Part shown: piece after piece, positions 49,583-59,845 of the stretch | How positions within the stretch are numbered: the stretch's first letter is position 1 | Layout of the letters: the number at the start of each line of letters is the position of its first letter | Assembly: GCA_965279525.1 (NCBI GenBank) | Contig: CBDIIB010000004.1 | Span: 864,001-928,000, forward strand | Direction of reading: 5' to 3' | Length of the DNA stretch: 64,000 nt | From: Tagaea sp. | GTDB taxonomy: Bacteria > Pseudomonadota > Alphaproteobacteria > CACIAM-22H2 | Notes under the pieces: model-generated | The model's database searches: none | Told to the model about the DNA's origin: nothing | Seen by the model: only the letters and a program-made list of their open reading frames with translations | Translations under genes and position numbers: made by a program

Positions 49583-52480
49583 ATGCCGCTCGACCAGCCT
49601 CCTGCCCGCTCCGATTTTGAGGCGCGCTTGCGCCGCGAGATCAAGGGTGACGTCCTGTTCGGTGCCTACGACCGTGGTCGATATTCGACGGATGCGTCGA
49701 TCTACCAAATAAATCCTGTCGGAATCGTCATCCCGCGCAATGCCGAGGATGCGCGCATCGCGATTCAGATCGCCGCCGACGAAGGCGTGCCTGTGCTTCC
49801 ACGCGGTGGCGGAACCTCGCAGTGCGGACAGACGGTCGGGGCTGCCCTCGTCGTCGACAATGCGCGCCATCTCAAAAAGATCCTTCATGTCGATGCTGGC
49901 AATTCTACGGCCATCGTCGAACCGGGCATCGTGCTCGACCATCTCAACGCCGCGCTGAAGCCGCATGGCCTGTGGTTTCCCGTCGACGTGTCGACATCCG
50001 CACAAGCCACCATCGGCGGCATGACCGGCAACAACTCTTGCGGCTCGCGCTCGCTTTTCTACGGAAACATGGTTCACAACGTCGCGGGCATCGACGCGCT
50101 GCTTTCCGACGGAACGAGAGCGCATTTCGGCCCCGTGAACGGCAATCTCGAAGGGCTTTCTGGTCCGCCGCGTTTCCTCGACATCGTCCGGCGCGTGCGC
50201 GAGATCGCCGTACGTGAAGCCGATGAGATCGAAGCTCGATATCCGAAGCTGCTTCGTCGGGTCGGCGGCTACAATCTCGAAACCGTAAAGCCGGCCGGCG
50301 TCCACAATCTTGCCCATCTGCTCGTCGGTTCGGAAGGCACGCTCGCCTATTCGACGGCCGTACATCTGAAGCTTTCTTCGCTGCCCAAGCACAAGACGCT
50401 TGGAGTCGTCCATTTCCCGACCTTCTATCAGGCGATGGACATGACCCGTCATATCGTGGCGCTGGGACCTGTCGCCGTCGAACTCGTCGACCGCACGATG
50501 ATTGAACTCTCACGCGCCATCCCGGCCTATAGCGGAACCGTCAGCCGCTTCCTGAAAGGCGAGCCGGAAGCGATCCTGCTGGTCGAGTTTGCCGGAGCCG
50601 ATCTGGCGACGCAGCAGCGCAAGCTCAAGGATCTCGTGGCACTCATGGGCGACCTTGGTCTGCCCGGGTCGGTCGTCGAGATAGTCGAAGCCGAATTCCA
50701 GAAGGAAGTGTGGGAGGTCCGCAAAGCCGGCCTCAACATCATGATGTCGATGAAGGGTGATGGTAAGCCCGTCTCGTTCATCGAGGATTGTGCCGTGCCA
50801 CTCGAGCATCTCGCCGAATATACAGCCCGCCTGACGCGCGTGTTCGAGGCCCACGGCACGAAGGGCACTTGGTACGCGCACGCTTCGGTCGGCTGCCTGC
50901 ATGTACGCCCGATCCTCAACATGAAGGAGGACGGCGCCAGGAAAATGCGCGCGATAGCCGAAGAGGCCGCCGAACTCGTGCGCGAATACAAGGGCGCCTA
51001 TTCAGGCGAGCACGGAGACGGGCTCGTACGCTCGGAGTGGATTGCGCCATTCTTCGGTCCACGCCTGACGGGCGCCTTCGAAGAGATCAAGGATCTGTTC
51101 GACCCCGACCGTTTGATGAATCCCGGCAAGATCGTCCGGCCGTCGAAGCAGGATGACCGGTCGCTGTTCCGATTCAAGCCGGGCTATTCGGCCACGAAGA
51201 TCGATACCGCGCTCGACTGGTCCGATTGGGGCGGATTCGCCGGTGCCGTCGAGATGTGCAACAACAACGGTCATTGCCGGAAGTTCGATGCCGGCACGAT
51301 GTGTCCATCCTATCGCGTGACTGGTGAAGAGAAGCACCTGACACGCGGACGTGCCAATACGCTGCGACTTGCGATCTCCGGGCAGCTCGGTTCCGACGCC
51401 CTGGTTTCCGACGAAATGGCCGAGACGATGCGGCTTTGCGTCGGGTGCAAGGGTTGCAAGCGCGAATGCCCGACCGGCGTCGACATGGCCAAGATGAAGG
51501 TCGAGTTTCTTCATCACTACAAGCGGCGACACGGCTACACGCTGTTCGACCGGCTGATCGGATATCTGCCGAGATATGCACCGATGGTTTCCGGCTTTGC
51601 GTGGCTGGTAAACCTGCGTGACCGCGTGCCGGGCTTGGCCAAGCTATCCGAATTGATCGCAGGCTTTTCAGCGGACCGCAGCCTGCCGCGTTGGTCCGCG
51701 AATCCGTTCCGCGCCGGCGAGGTTGGTACACGTGGTCACGGCCGCGAAGTGGCACTCTTTATCGATACGTTCAACACCTGGTTCGAGCCGGAGATTGCCA
51801 GAGCGGCGATCCGCGTACTTGAGGCGGCCGGCTATCGCGTCGTCGTACCGACCGCAGCCGACGGAGCTCGCCCGCTATGCTGCGGCCGCACTTTCTTGTC
51901 CGCAGGAATGATCGACGAAGGACGATCGGAGGCTCGGCGCCTGGTCCAGGCCATGCTTCCCTTCGCCGCAAAGGGCGTGCCCATCCTGGGGCTCGAGCCG
52001 TCGTGCCTGTTTGCGCTCCGCGACGAGATCGCGACTTTGCTCCCCGGCGCAGATGCGGAAAAAATCGGATCTTCCGCGATGCTGTTCGAAGAGTTTCTGG
52101 CTCGTGAACATGCCGTCGGGCGCCTGAACCTGAAGCTGAAGCCGCTACCCCAGAGCAAGGCGCTGCTACACGGACACTGCCATCAGAAGGCATTCGATGC
52201 CGTTAAACCGACACTGGCCGTGCTGAATCTGATCCCAGGCATGCAAGCGAGTCTTATTGAAAGTAGTTGCTGCGGGATGGCCGGAGCATTCGGGTATGAA
52301 CCGAAGAATCTGGATGTCTCCCGCAAGATGGCGGAACTCTCTCTGCTTCCCGCGATTTCGAAAGCCGGCGACGACACGATCATCGTTGCCGACGGGACGA
52401 GTTGCAGGCATCAGATCGCCGATGGTGCGGCACGCGAAGCGGTACACGTCGCAAGCCTGCTCGCCGACGCCTTGGCCTGA
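49583..52480 (+). CDS. FAD-linked, Fe-S-containing D-2-hydroxyacid dehydrogenase (YdiJ / GlcD-GlcF fusion type)
   Basis: YSTDASIY, RGGGTSQCGQ, SGEHGDG, CNNNGHC..MCP, CVGCKGCKRECP, CCG domains. Confidence 0.9.
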   Translation: MPLDQPPARSDFEARLRREIKGDVLFGAYDRGRYSTDASIYQINPVGIVIPRNAEDARIAIQIAADEGVPVLPRGGGTSQCGQTVGAALVVDNARHLKKILHVDAGNSTAIVEPGIVLDHLNAALKPHGLWFPVDVSTSAQATIGGMTGNNSCGSRSLFYGNMVHNVAGIDALLSDGTRAHFGPVNGNLEGLSGPPRFLDIVRRVREIAVREADEIEARYPKLLRRVGGYNLETVKPAGVHNLAHLLVGSEGTLAYSTAVHLKLSSLPKHKTLGVVHFPTFYQAMDMTRHIVALGPVAVELVDRTMIELSRAIPAYSGTVSRFLKGEPEAILLVEFAGADLATQQRKLKDLVALMGDLGLPGSVVEIVEAEFQKEVWEVRKAGLNIMMSMKGDGKPVSFIEDCAVPLEHLAEYTARLTRVFEAHGTKGTWYAHASVGCLHVRPILNMKEDGARKMRAIAEEAAELVREYKGAYSGEHGDGLVRSEWIAPFFGPRLTGAFEEIKDLFDPDRLMNPGKIVRPSKQDDRSLFRFKPGYSATKIDTALDWSDWGGFAGAVEMCNNNGHCRKFDAGTMCPSYRVTGEEKHLTRGRANTLRLAISGQLGSDALVSDEMAETMRLCVGCKGCKRECPTGVDMAKMKVEFLHHYKRRHGYTLFDRLIGYLPRYAPMVSGFAWLVNLRDRVPGLAKLSELIAGFSADRSLPRWSANPFRAGEVGTRGHGREVALFIDTFNTWFEPEIARAAIRVLEAAGYRVVVPTAADGARPLCCGRTFLSAGMIDEGRSEARRLVQAMLPFAAKGVPILGLEPSCLFALRDEIATLLPGADAEKIGSSAMLFEEFLAREHAVGRLNLKLKPLPQSKALLHGHCHQKAFDAVKPTLAVLNLIPGMQASLIESSCCGMAGAFGYEPKNLDVSRKMAELSLLPAISKAGDDTIIVADGTSCRHQIADGAAREAVHVASLLADALA

Positions 52481-52488
52481 TCAGCCAG

Positions 52489-53232
52489 CTAGGCCTTCTT
52501 TTTCTTGATTCGGGAGGCGCGGTTCGCCAGCAATTGCCAGTTCCCGAGCGACATCAAGTGGCTGTAGGCGAGCATCATCCAGCCCTTGCGCCACCAGTCG
52601 AGAACAGTCGCGTCGGGGAGATTCTCGAACTTCTTTGCGTCGATCGTACGGAACCCTTGCAGCGTGATCGAGCGGCCTTCGGGCATCTGGATCGACGCGC
52701 GGTTGTCGACAAAAAGGCCCGCCGCCTGGCAAGCCCGCGTGAAAGCGTGCGTCGCGTCGATCTGCACCTGGAAATCTCCCGCAAAGCGAAGCGCCTCCTC
52801 GACGATCTTCGCGGGTTTGCCGTCGACGAATAGCGGCTCACCGCCTTCGTCCGCGACGCTACCGGCATCTTCCTCGATGCACAGCACGAACTCGCCTTCC
52901 GGCGTGCGTGTGAAGACAAACGGGTATCGCCTTACATATGCCGGAACATAGACATCCTCGGCCCATTGCTGCTCTTCGCCGATAAAAAGATTCTGTGCCC
53001 CTTCAAATCCGAGGACGGCAACCGCACCGATCGGATCGCCGGACGTGAACACGATCGGATAGTTGCGTGCGGCGGAGTTGAACTCGACCGCGGCAAGCGG
53101 AACCGAATTGACGTGACTGGCAAATGCGGCGTTGCGCGGTCTTACAAACTTCTTTGCCGCATGGCGCACTCGATCGAGCGGCACGGGATTGCGGTAGAAT
53201 ACTGGGGTCGCTGCGACGTTTGCTTCGGGCAT
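52489..53232 (-). CDS. SapC family protein
   Basis: EFNSAARNYPIVF, YVPAYVRRYPF, LAYSHLMSL. Confidence 0.85.
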   Translation of the reverse strand: MPEANVAATPVFYRNPVPLDRVRHAAKKFVRPRNAAFASHVNSVPLAAVEFNSAARNYPIVFTSGDPIGAVAVLGFEGAQNLFIGEEQQWAEDVYVPAYVRRYPFVFTRTPEGEFVLCIEEDAGSVADEGGEPLFVDGKPAKIVEEALRFAGDFQVQIDATHAFTRACQAAGLFVDNRASIQMPEGRSITLQGFRTIDAKKFENLPDATVLDWWRKGWMMLAYSHLMSLGNWQLLANRASRIKKKKA

Positions 53233-53345
53233 GATGGACGCGACAGTAACCCAGTTTGCCCGAATTCCGCCACGACTTCGCACGACTATTCGGCGAGCGC
53301 CGGTCTGTGGTAGGCCTATCCGGTAACCGCGTTCGGGAGGGAAGT

Positions 53346-53744
53346 TTGCGCTTGTGCGCCGCCATCTTCGGGCTGGTCGTGATCGTCGGCATTTCGCTGC
53401 CGGTTCGTGCTGCCCAATGGGAAGAAGCGGGCGAAACCGCGGGCGGCAACCCGGTTTATGTCGATATTGCCGGCATGCGCATTGGCGGCGCGGTGCGAAC
53501 GGCCTGGATCCGGGTGATCTACCGCCAGCCCATACAGGCGGGCAACGTCCGGGCCGCAAGTATGGAGGCGCTGGCGCATTTCGACTGTTCCTCCGGCGAA
53601 AACGCCGGCTTGCGTGTCATGCTCTACGAGGATGAAGAGGGACAGAAGCTTGCGTTGGCCCGTGAAGAGCGGGAAACCCGCTTCGGTGTCGAACCGGAGG
53701 GCTCGATCGGCCGCGTTGCCCATGCACGCATCTGCCGCGACTGA
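53346..53744 (+). CDS. Secreted hypothetical protein (surface-adhesin E-like)
   Basis: Signal peptide then W...VYVD...RTAWIR...FDC...C-terminal Cys; TTG start after GGAGG. Confidence 0.5.
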   Translation: MRLCAAIFGLVVIVGISLPVRAAQWEEAGETAGGNPVYVDIAGMRIGGAVRTAWIRVIYRQPIQAGNVRAASMEALAHFDCSSGENAGLRVMLYEDEEGQKLALAREERETRFGVEPEGSIGRVAHARICRD

Positions 53745-53840
53745 TCCCGCACGCAGAACAGAAATCTGCTTGTCATAAATCCGCCAACGCGGTGAGATAC
53801 AAGAAAGATCGAGCGTCGACTGGCGCTTCCGGATGGGGAA

Positions 53841-54887
53841 ATGTCGCACATAGTCATCGAATCGGTCAGCCGGCACTGGGGTAAAGCCCGCGCGCTAGAT
53901 CGGGTTTCGTTTCGTGTCGAAAAGGGCAAATTCGCGGTCCTGCTTGGACCTTCAGGTTGCGGCAAGTCGACCCTTTTACGCATCCTCGCCGGCCTCGATC
54001 GGCCGAGCCAGGGGCACATCCGGATCGCCGGCAAAGATGTCACCGACTTGGCGCCCGCCGCGCGCGGCATTTCGATGGTTTTCCAGTCGTACGCTCTGTT
54101 CCCGCATCTGTCCGTTGCACAGAATATCTGCTTCGGCCTTGAAGTCCGGAAGGTAGCGCCGGACGAACGTGTCCGACGCCTGGCGGAGGCAGCGGGCCTG
54201 CTTGGCCTTTCGGCACTGCTCGAACGCAAGCCATCCCAATTGTCCGGCGGCCAGCAACAGCGTGTCGCACTTGGCCGCGCGATCGTGGCACAGGCGCCGG
54301 TCTGCCTGATGGATGAGCCCCTGTCCAATCTGGACGCACAGTTGCGCCAGGAGATGCGACTGGAAATCCGCGAGCTGCAACGCCGCCTCGGCATCACGAT
54401 GCTCTACGTTACCCATGATCAGGTCGAGGCCATGACGATGGCGGATCAGGTCATCCTGATGCGTGACGGTCGGGTCGAGCAGGACGGCACGCCGGAGGAT
54501 CTCTACACGCGCCCTTCAACAGCGTTCGCAGCCCGATTTCTGGGCACACCCCCGATGAATGTCGTCGCTCTCGACGCTGCCGGCGCAATCGCCGGAGCCG
54601 CAGGCCGACGGATAGCTGATGCAGGTTTGGGATTTGCCGTCGGAATTCGCCCCGAGGACATCCGGATTGCGGATGACGGCGTTCACGCGCGCATCGACAC
54701 GGTCGAATATCTCGGTGCGGATACACTCATTGCCGGCCGGGTCGGCACCGAGACTATCGTGGCCCGCATGCCGGGGCGCATGCACCATGGCGTGGGCGAT
54801 ACCGTGGCACTCGCCTGGGACAAGGATCGCCAGCATATCTTCAAGCTTTCCGACGGTTTCCGAATCGAAAGCGCGTCCGGCAACTAG
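53841..54887 (+). CDS. Carbohydrate (UgpC/MalK-type) ABC ATP-binding protein
   Basis: GPSGCGKST, LSGGQQQRVALGR, DEPLSNLDA, YVTHDQVEA. Confidence 0.92.
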   Translation: MSHIVIESVSRHWGKARALDRVSFRVEKGKFAVLLGPSGCGKSTLLRILAGLDRPSQGHIRIAGKDVTDLAPAARGISMVFQSYALFPHLSVAQNICFGLEVRKVAPDERVRRLAEAAGLLGLSALLERKPSQLSGGQQQRVALGRAIVAQAPVCLMDEPLSNLDAQLRQEMRLEIRELQRRLGITMLYVTHDQVEAMTMADQVILMRDGRVEQDGTPEDLYTRPSTAFAARFLGTPPMNVVALDAAGAIAGAAGRRIADAGLGFAVGIRPEDIRIADDGVHARIDTVEYLGADTLIAGRVGTETIVARMPGRMHHGVGDTVALAWDKDRQHIFKLSDGFRIESASGN

Positions 54888-54913
54888 ATTTCCACGAAGA
54901 GAGGGAATGTCCG

Positions 54914-56209
54914 ATGAATCGCATCCGAAGACTGGTCCTTTGCGCGACGCTTGCCGTCGCGACCTTTTGTGCAGGTAGCCCGGCCGAGGCGCAGCAGACG
55001 AAGCTGAGCTTCTACTTCCCGGTCGCCGTCGGTGGGCCGATCACGAAGCTCATCGATACGATGGCGGCCGACTTCGAGAAGGCCAATCCGACGATCAAGA
55101 TCGAGCCGGTCTATACCGGCTCGTACCAGGACACGATCGCCAAGACGCTGACGGCACTGAAGAGCAACGAGTCGCCGCACTTTGCCATCCTGCTGTCGAC
55201 CGACATGTTTACGCTAATCGACGAGGAAGCGATCGTTCCCGTCGACGACATGCTCCGCACGCCCGACGACCGGAAGTGGCTTGACGGCTTCTACAAGGCC
55301 TTCATGGAAAACAGCCAGACCGGCGGCAAGACGTGGGGCGTGCCCTTCCAGCGCTCGACGATCGTCCTCTACTACAACAAGGACCTGTTCCGAGAGGCCG
55401 GCCTCGATCCCGAGACGCCCCCGAAGAACTGGGCCGAACAACTCGCCTTCGCCCAGAGGCTGACCAAGCGCGATGCCGCCGGCAACACCACCCAATGGGG
55501 AATACAGATCCCGTCCTCCGGCTTCCCCTACTGGCTGTTCCAGGGGCTGACCACGCAGAACGACGTGCGACTGATGAATGAGGCCGGAAACAGGACCTTC
55601 TTCGACGATCCGAAGGTCGTCGAGGCCCTGCAGTACTGGATCGACCTCGCCACCAAGCACAAGGTCCATCCGCCGGGGATCGTCGAGTGGGGCACGACGC
55701 CGCGCGATTTCTTCGAGCGCAAGGTCGCCATGATGTGGACGACCACCGGCAACCTGACAAACGTGCGCGACAATGCGAAGTTTCCATTCGGCGTCGCGAT
55801 GCTGCCGGCTGGCAAGCAGTTCGGCTCGCCGACAGGCGGCGGCAACTTCTACATCTTCAAGAAGACGACGGCGGCCGAGCGCGAGGCTGCGATGAAGTTC
55901 ATCCGTTTTGCGACGGAACCGGAGCGCGCGGCCCAGTGGGGCATCGATACCGGCTATGTCGCCGTCCGACCGGACGCTTTCGAGACCACGCGCATGAAGG
56001 AATACGTCGTGAAGTTCCCACCCGCGGCGGTCGCCCGCGACCAGCTGCGCCACGCGTGGGCCGAGCTCTCGACCCACGACAACCAGCGGGTAACCAAGGC
56101 CCTGAACGACGGCCTGCAGGCCGCCATCCTCGGCACAAAGCCGGCAAAGGCCGCGATGGAAGATGCACAACGCGAAGCCACGCGCATCCTGCGTCCTTTC
56201 CAGCGCTGA
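54914..56209 (+). CDS. ABC substrate-binding protein (UgpB-like)
   Basis: Signal peptide, YTGSYQD, VPFQRSTIVLYYNKDLF, PTGGGN. Confidence 0.88.
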   Translation: MNRIRRLVLCATLAVATFCAGSPAEAQQTKLSFYFPVAVGGPITKLIDTMAADFEKANPTIKIEPVYTGSYQDTIAKTLTALKSNESPHFAILLSTDMFTLIDEEAIVPVDDMLRTPDDRKWLDGFYKAFMENSQTGGKTWGVPFQRSTIVLYYNKDLFREAGLDPETPPKNWAEQLAFAQRLTKRDAAGNTTQWGIQIPSSGFPYWLFQGLTTQNDVRLMNEAGNRTFFDDPKVVEALQYWIDLATKHKVHPPGIVEWGTTPRDFFERKVAMMWTTTGNLTNVRDNAKFPFGVAMLPAGKQFGSPTGGGNFYIFKKTTAAEREAAMKFIRFATEPERAAQWGIDTGYVAVRPDAFETTRMKEYVVKFPPAAVARDQLRHAWAELSTHDNQRVTKALNDGLQAAILGTKPAKAAMEDAQREATRILRPFQR

Positions 56210-56216
56210 CGATCGG

Positions 56217-56246
56217 AAAAGGGGCGGATGACTGCGCATCCGCCCC
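56217..56246. terminator. Intercistronic GC hairpin after the SBP gene
   Basis: aaaa-ggggcggatg-actgcg-catccgcccc. Confidence 0.55.
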
Positions 56247-56258
56247 AGCTTGTCCCGA

Positions 56259-57134
56259 ATGACCCGCACCAAGGCAACGATCTATGGCTGGCTGCTGTTG
56301 CTGCCGGCCTTTCTGCTGCTCATGGCCTTCACGCACTGGCCTGCGGTCGCCACGCTGCATGCCAGCTTCCATTCCACGCCGAAGCGCAATCGCCCGTCGG
56401 TGTTCGTCGGCCTCGAAAACTTTGAAGGCATGATCGAGGATCCGATCTTCTGGCAGGCGATGCACAACAACTTCATCTATGCGCTCGGCACCATCCCATT
56501 GTCTGTGGCGCTGGCGATGCTGATGGCGCTTTGGGTGAATGAAAAGCTGGCGGGGCAGGCCTGGCTTCGGCTTGCGTATTTCACGCCGACCGTCCTGCCC
56601 ATGATCGCGGTCGCGAACATCTGGCTGTTCTTCTACACACCCGACTACGGCCTGATCGATCAGATCCTACGCGCCTTCGGTTTCGGGGCCACGAATTGGC
56701 TCGGGAATCCCGACACGGTGCTCTACTGCATGATGGTCATGACGATCTGGAAAGAGGCCGGGTTTTTCATGATTTTCTATCTTGCAGCCCTCCAGCAGAT
56801 GTCACCCAGCCTCGCAGAAGCAGCAGCGATCGAAGGGTGCGGCAGGTGGACCTTCTTCCGACGCGTCACGCTGCCTCTGCTGATGCCCACGACCCTGTTC
56901 GTGCTGGTCAATGCCGTCATCGGTGCGTTTCGCCTGGTCGATCACATCGTGGCATTGACGGGTGGCGGGCCGAACAACGCGAGCCATCTGCTGCTCTCAT
57001 ATATCTACGACGTCGCCTTCCGCTATTGGGATACCGCCTATGGGGCGGCCCTCACTGTCGTTCTGCTCGCGATTCTCGGCGGGACGGCACTCTTCCAGTT
57101 TCTCGTACTCGAGAAGCGGATCCACTACCGATGA
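56259..57134 (+). CDS. Carbohydrate ABC permease (UgpA-like)
   Basis: FVGLENF, WKEAGF, EAAAIEG EAA loop, TGGGPNN. Confidence 0.9.
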   Translation: MTRTKATIYGWLLLLPAFLLLMAFTHWPAVATLHASFHSTPKRNRPSVFVGLENFEGMIEDPIFWQAMHNNFIYALGTIPLSVALAMLMALWVNEKLAGQAWLRLAYFTPTVLPMIAVANIWLFFYTPDYGLIDQILRAFGFGATNWLGNPDTVLYCMMVMTIWKEAGFFMIFYLAALQQMSPSLAEAAAIEGCGRWTFFRRVTLPLLMPTTLFVLVNAVIGAFRLVDHIVALTGGGPNNASHLLLSYIYDVAFRYWDTAYGAALTVVLLAILGGTALFQFLVLEKRIHYR

Positions 57135-57949
57135 TCGCCGCACGCGGCATATCCCGACATCTCGAAACGGTCGGTGCATGGACGCTGGCGATCGTATGGA
57201 TCGCACCGCTCGTCTATTGCGTATGGACCGCGTTCCATCCGCCGGAGTACGCCTCCCGCTTCGTGCTGACGGCACCGCTCACGCTGGCGAATTTCCACAA
57301 AGCGTGGGATTCCGCACCCTTTGCTCAGTATTTCATCAACACGTTCACGCTTGTCACACTGGTTCTTGCCGGGCAACTCGTGCTCGTGACGCTCGCCGCC
57401 TACGCCTTCGCGCGCTTCGAGTTCGCGGGTCGTGACATCGCATTCGCACTTGTTCTCGTCCAATTGATGATCATGCCGGACGTGCTGCTGGTAGAGAACT
57501 ACCTGACAATGGCCTCGCTCGGCCTGGTGGACACCGTATTCGCGATGGCCCTGCCCTACATGGCATCGGCATTCGGCATCTTCCTGCTACGCCAGACCTT
57601 CAAGAGCATGCCCAAGGAGCTGGACGACGCCGCGCGCGTCGAGGGAGCCGGCAGCCTCACGGTTTTATGGCGTGTCTATGTGCCGCTTGCCCGGCCAACC
57701 TATATCGCGTTTGCACTCGTTTCCGTCAGCTACCACTGGAACAACTTCCTCTGGCCACTGATCGTCACCAACTCCGTCGGCACGCGACCGATCACTGTAG
57801 GGCTGCGCGTGTTCGCGGCGATCGAGCAGGGAGTCGACTGGTCCACGATCACCGCAGCCACGCTGCTCAGCTGCGGGCCGTTGCTGATCGCCTTCCTGCT
57901 CTTCCAGCGTCAATTCATCCAGAGCTTCATGCGCGCGGGAATCCGGTGA
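57131..57949 (+). CDS. Carbohydrate ABC permease (UgpE-like)
   Basis: AAYAFAR, FLLRQTF..PKELDDAARVEG, WNNFLWP, FQRQF; ATGA overlap. Confidence 0.9.
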   Translation: MIAARGISRHLETVGAWTLAIVWIAPLVYCVWTAFHPPEYASRFVLTAPLTLANFHKAWDSAPFAQYFINTFTLVTLVLAGQLVLVTLAAYAFARFEFAGRDIAFALVLVQLMIMPDVLLVENYLTMASLGLVDTVFAMALPYMASAFGIFLLRQTFKSMPKELDDAARVEGAGSLTVLWRVYVPLARPTYIAFALVSVSYHWNNFLWPLIVTNSVGTRPITVGLRVFAAIEQGVDWSTITAATLLSCGPLLIAFLLFQRQFIQSFMRAGIR

Positions 57950-58949
57950 GCGGCTGGCGGCCGGTCAGCGGGTATTGCGGATCGGTGTAGCCGGGAGTCG
58001 AGGGATGCCCGGCTGGAACGAGTGCCGATAGAACCGCCTCGTCTTCCGCAGAGAACCGGTACGACATTGCCGCGACGTAGTCCTGCCACTGGGTCATCGT
58101 GCGCGGACCGGCGATGACACCAGCAACCAGCCCGTTGTTGAGTACCCAGCCAAGTGCAAGCGCCATCGCACTGGTTCCACGCCTGGCAGCGTGCGCGCCG
58201 ACAGTCTGCGCGATCGCGATGGATTCGGGGCGGAACTCGGTCTCCAGGATGCGCTTGTCTTTTCGACCGGCCCGCGTCTCGGGCGGCGGGACTGCCCCAA
58301 GCGAATACTTCCCCGTCAGGACCCCGCGCGCGAGTGGGCTGTAGGGCACCACGCCGAGCCCATGATGCGCGCAGGCCGGAAGCAGTTCGACTTCGGGTGT
58401 GCGGTCCATCAGGTTGTAGCAAGGCTGGCAGGAAATGGGAGCGGGCACGCCCATCGCCCGGGCTGTTTCAACGAACGTCGCAAGTCGCCACGCACGATAA
58501 TTCGACAACCCATAGTACCGGATCTTCCCGGCACGGATCAGGTCGCCAAGTGTGGAGATCGTCTCCTCCATTGGCGTATCGAGGTCGTCGCGATGCAGGT
58601 AGTAGAGATCGATCCAGTCGGTCCCCAGACGCTTCAAGCTTGCTTCGCAGGCCTGCAGCATCCAGCGGCGCGAAGTGCCCCTGTCATTCGGCTCCGGACC
58701 GCCGGGATTAGCAAGCTTTGTCGCAAGCACCCAGCGCGATCGCTCTTTGGCGATCGCCCTGCCGCAGATCTCTTCGGATCGACCGCTGGAATAGGCATCG
58801 GCCGTGTCGAGAAAATTCACGCCGGCCTCCCGGGCGCTTGCGATGATCTCTATTGAATGGGCTTCATCCGTCCGGTCGCCGAACATCATGGCGCCGAGGC
58901 ACAGCGGTGAGACCTTGAGACCAGAGCGCCCCAGATTTCTGTATTTCAT
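57927..58949 (-). CDS. Aldo/keto reductase
   Basis: LGRSGLKVSPLCLG, DTADAY, LATK, SLKRLGTDWIDLYYLH, PYSPLARG. Confidence 0.92.
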   Translation of the reverse strand: MKYRNLGRSGLKVSPLCLGAMMFGDRTDEAHSIEIIASAREAGVNFLDTADAYSSGRSEEICGRAIAKERSRWVLATKLANPGGPEPNDRGTSRRWMLQACEASLKRLGTDWIDLYYLHRDDLDTPMEETISTLGDLIRAGKIRYYGLSNYRAWRLATFVETARAMGVPAPISCQPCYNLMDRTPEVELLPACAHHGLGVVPYSPLARGVLTGKYSLGAVPPPETRAGRKDKRILETEFRPESIAIAQTVGAHAARRGTSAMALALGWVLNNGLVAGVIAGPRTMTQWQDYVAAMSYRFSAEDEAVLSALVPAGHPSTPGYTDPQYPLTGRQPLTGFPRA

Positions 58950-59005
58950 GGCACTTTCCTACCGCGACCTCAGCAAGTTGAATTTTCGTCGAAGCTCAGT
59001 CGACG

Positions 59006-59845
59006 TCAAACCAGCAGGCGCCGATGATGCGCCAAATGGTCGGCGACAAAGCTTTGAATGAAGAAATAGCCATGATCATATCCGGCGTGCCGGCGCAGTG
59101 TCAGTTTCTGGCCGCTGGCCGCTGCTGCTGCCTCGAGCCGCTCGGGCATCAGCTGTTCGACAAGGAACTTGTCGGCCAAACCCTGATCGACGAGGATTTC
59201 GCGCGCGAAGGGGCGACGGCGCATCAGGGCGCTCGCGTCGTAGTCGACCCAAGCCGCGCGGTCGGAACCGAGATAGTTCGTGAACGCTTTCACGCCCCAC
59301 GGACAATCGGATGGCGCCGAGATCGGCGCGAACGCCGAACAGGACCTGAACCGGTCCGGCCGACGCAGAGCCGCGACAAGCGCACCGTGCCCGCCCATCG
59401 AATGCCCCATCACGCCGAGGCGCGAGATGTCGACCGGGAACTTCCCGGCAATCGCGGCCGGCAGTTCGTCCGTCACGTAGCTGAACATCCGGTAGTTGGT
59501 GTTCCACGGCGATCGTGTGGCGTCGACATAGAAACCCGCTCCTTGACCGAAATCCCAGCTTTCGCGGTCACCTGGCAGAACCGGTTCGCGCGGGCTGGTA
59601 TCGGGCATGACAAGGGCGAGGCCCATCTCGGCGGCCACACGCTGCGCGCCCGCCTTGATGGCGAAAGTTTCTTCGGTGCAGGTGAGGCCGGCAAGGACGA
59701 GCACAGCCGGCACAGGTCCCGCGTCTGCCTGTTGCGGCACGAAGATCGAAAACCGCATGGGTCCGGCGCAGGCCGACGATTCGTGCCGGTAGAAGCCTTG
59801 TGTTCCGCCCCAGCACGCATGCTCGGCGAGCGTTTCGATCGACAT
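59006..59845 (-). CDS. fghA: S-formylglutathione hydrolase
   Basis: LAGLTC, PDTSPR, GAGFYVDAT, GHSMGG nucleophile elbow, YDHGYFF. Confidence 0.93.
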   Translation of the reverse strand: MSIETLAEHACWGGTQGFYRHESSACAGPMRFSIFVPQQADAGPVPAVLVLAGLTCTEETFAIKAGAQRVAAEMGLALVMPDTSPREPVLPGDRESWDFGQGAGFYVDATRSPWNTNYRMFSYVTDELPAAIAGKFPVDISRLGVMGHSMGGHGALVAALRRPDRFRSCSAFAPISAPSDCPWGVKAFTNYLGSDRAAWVDYDASALMRRRPFAREILVDQGLADKFLVEQLMPERLEAAAAASGQKLTLRRHAGYDHGYFFIQSFVADHLAHHRRLLV

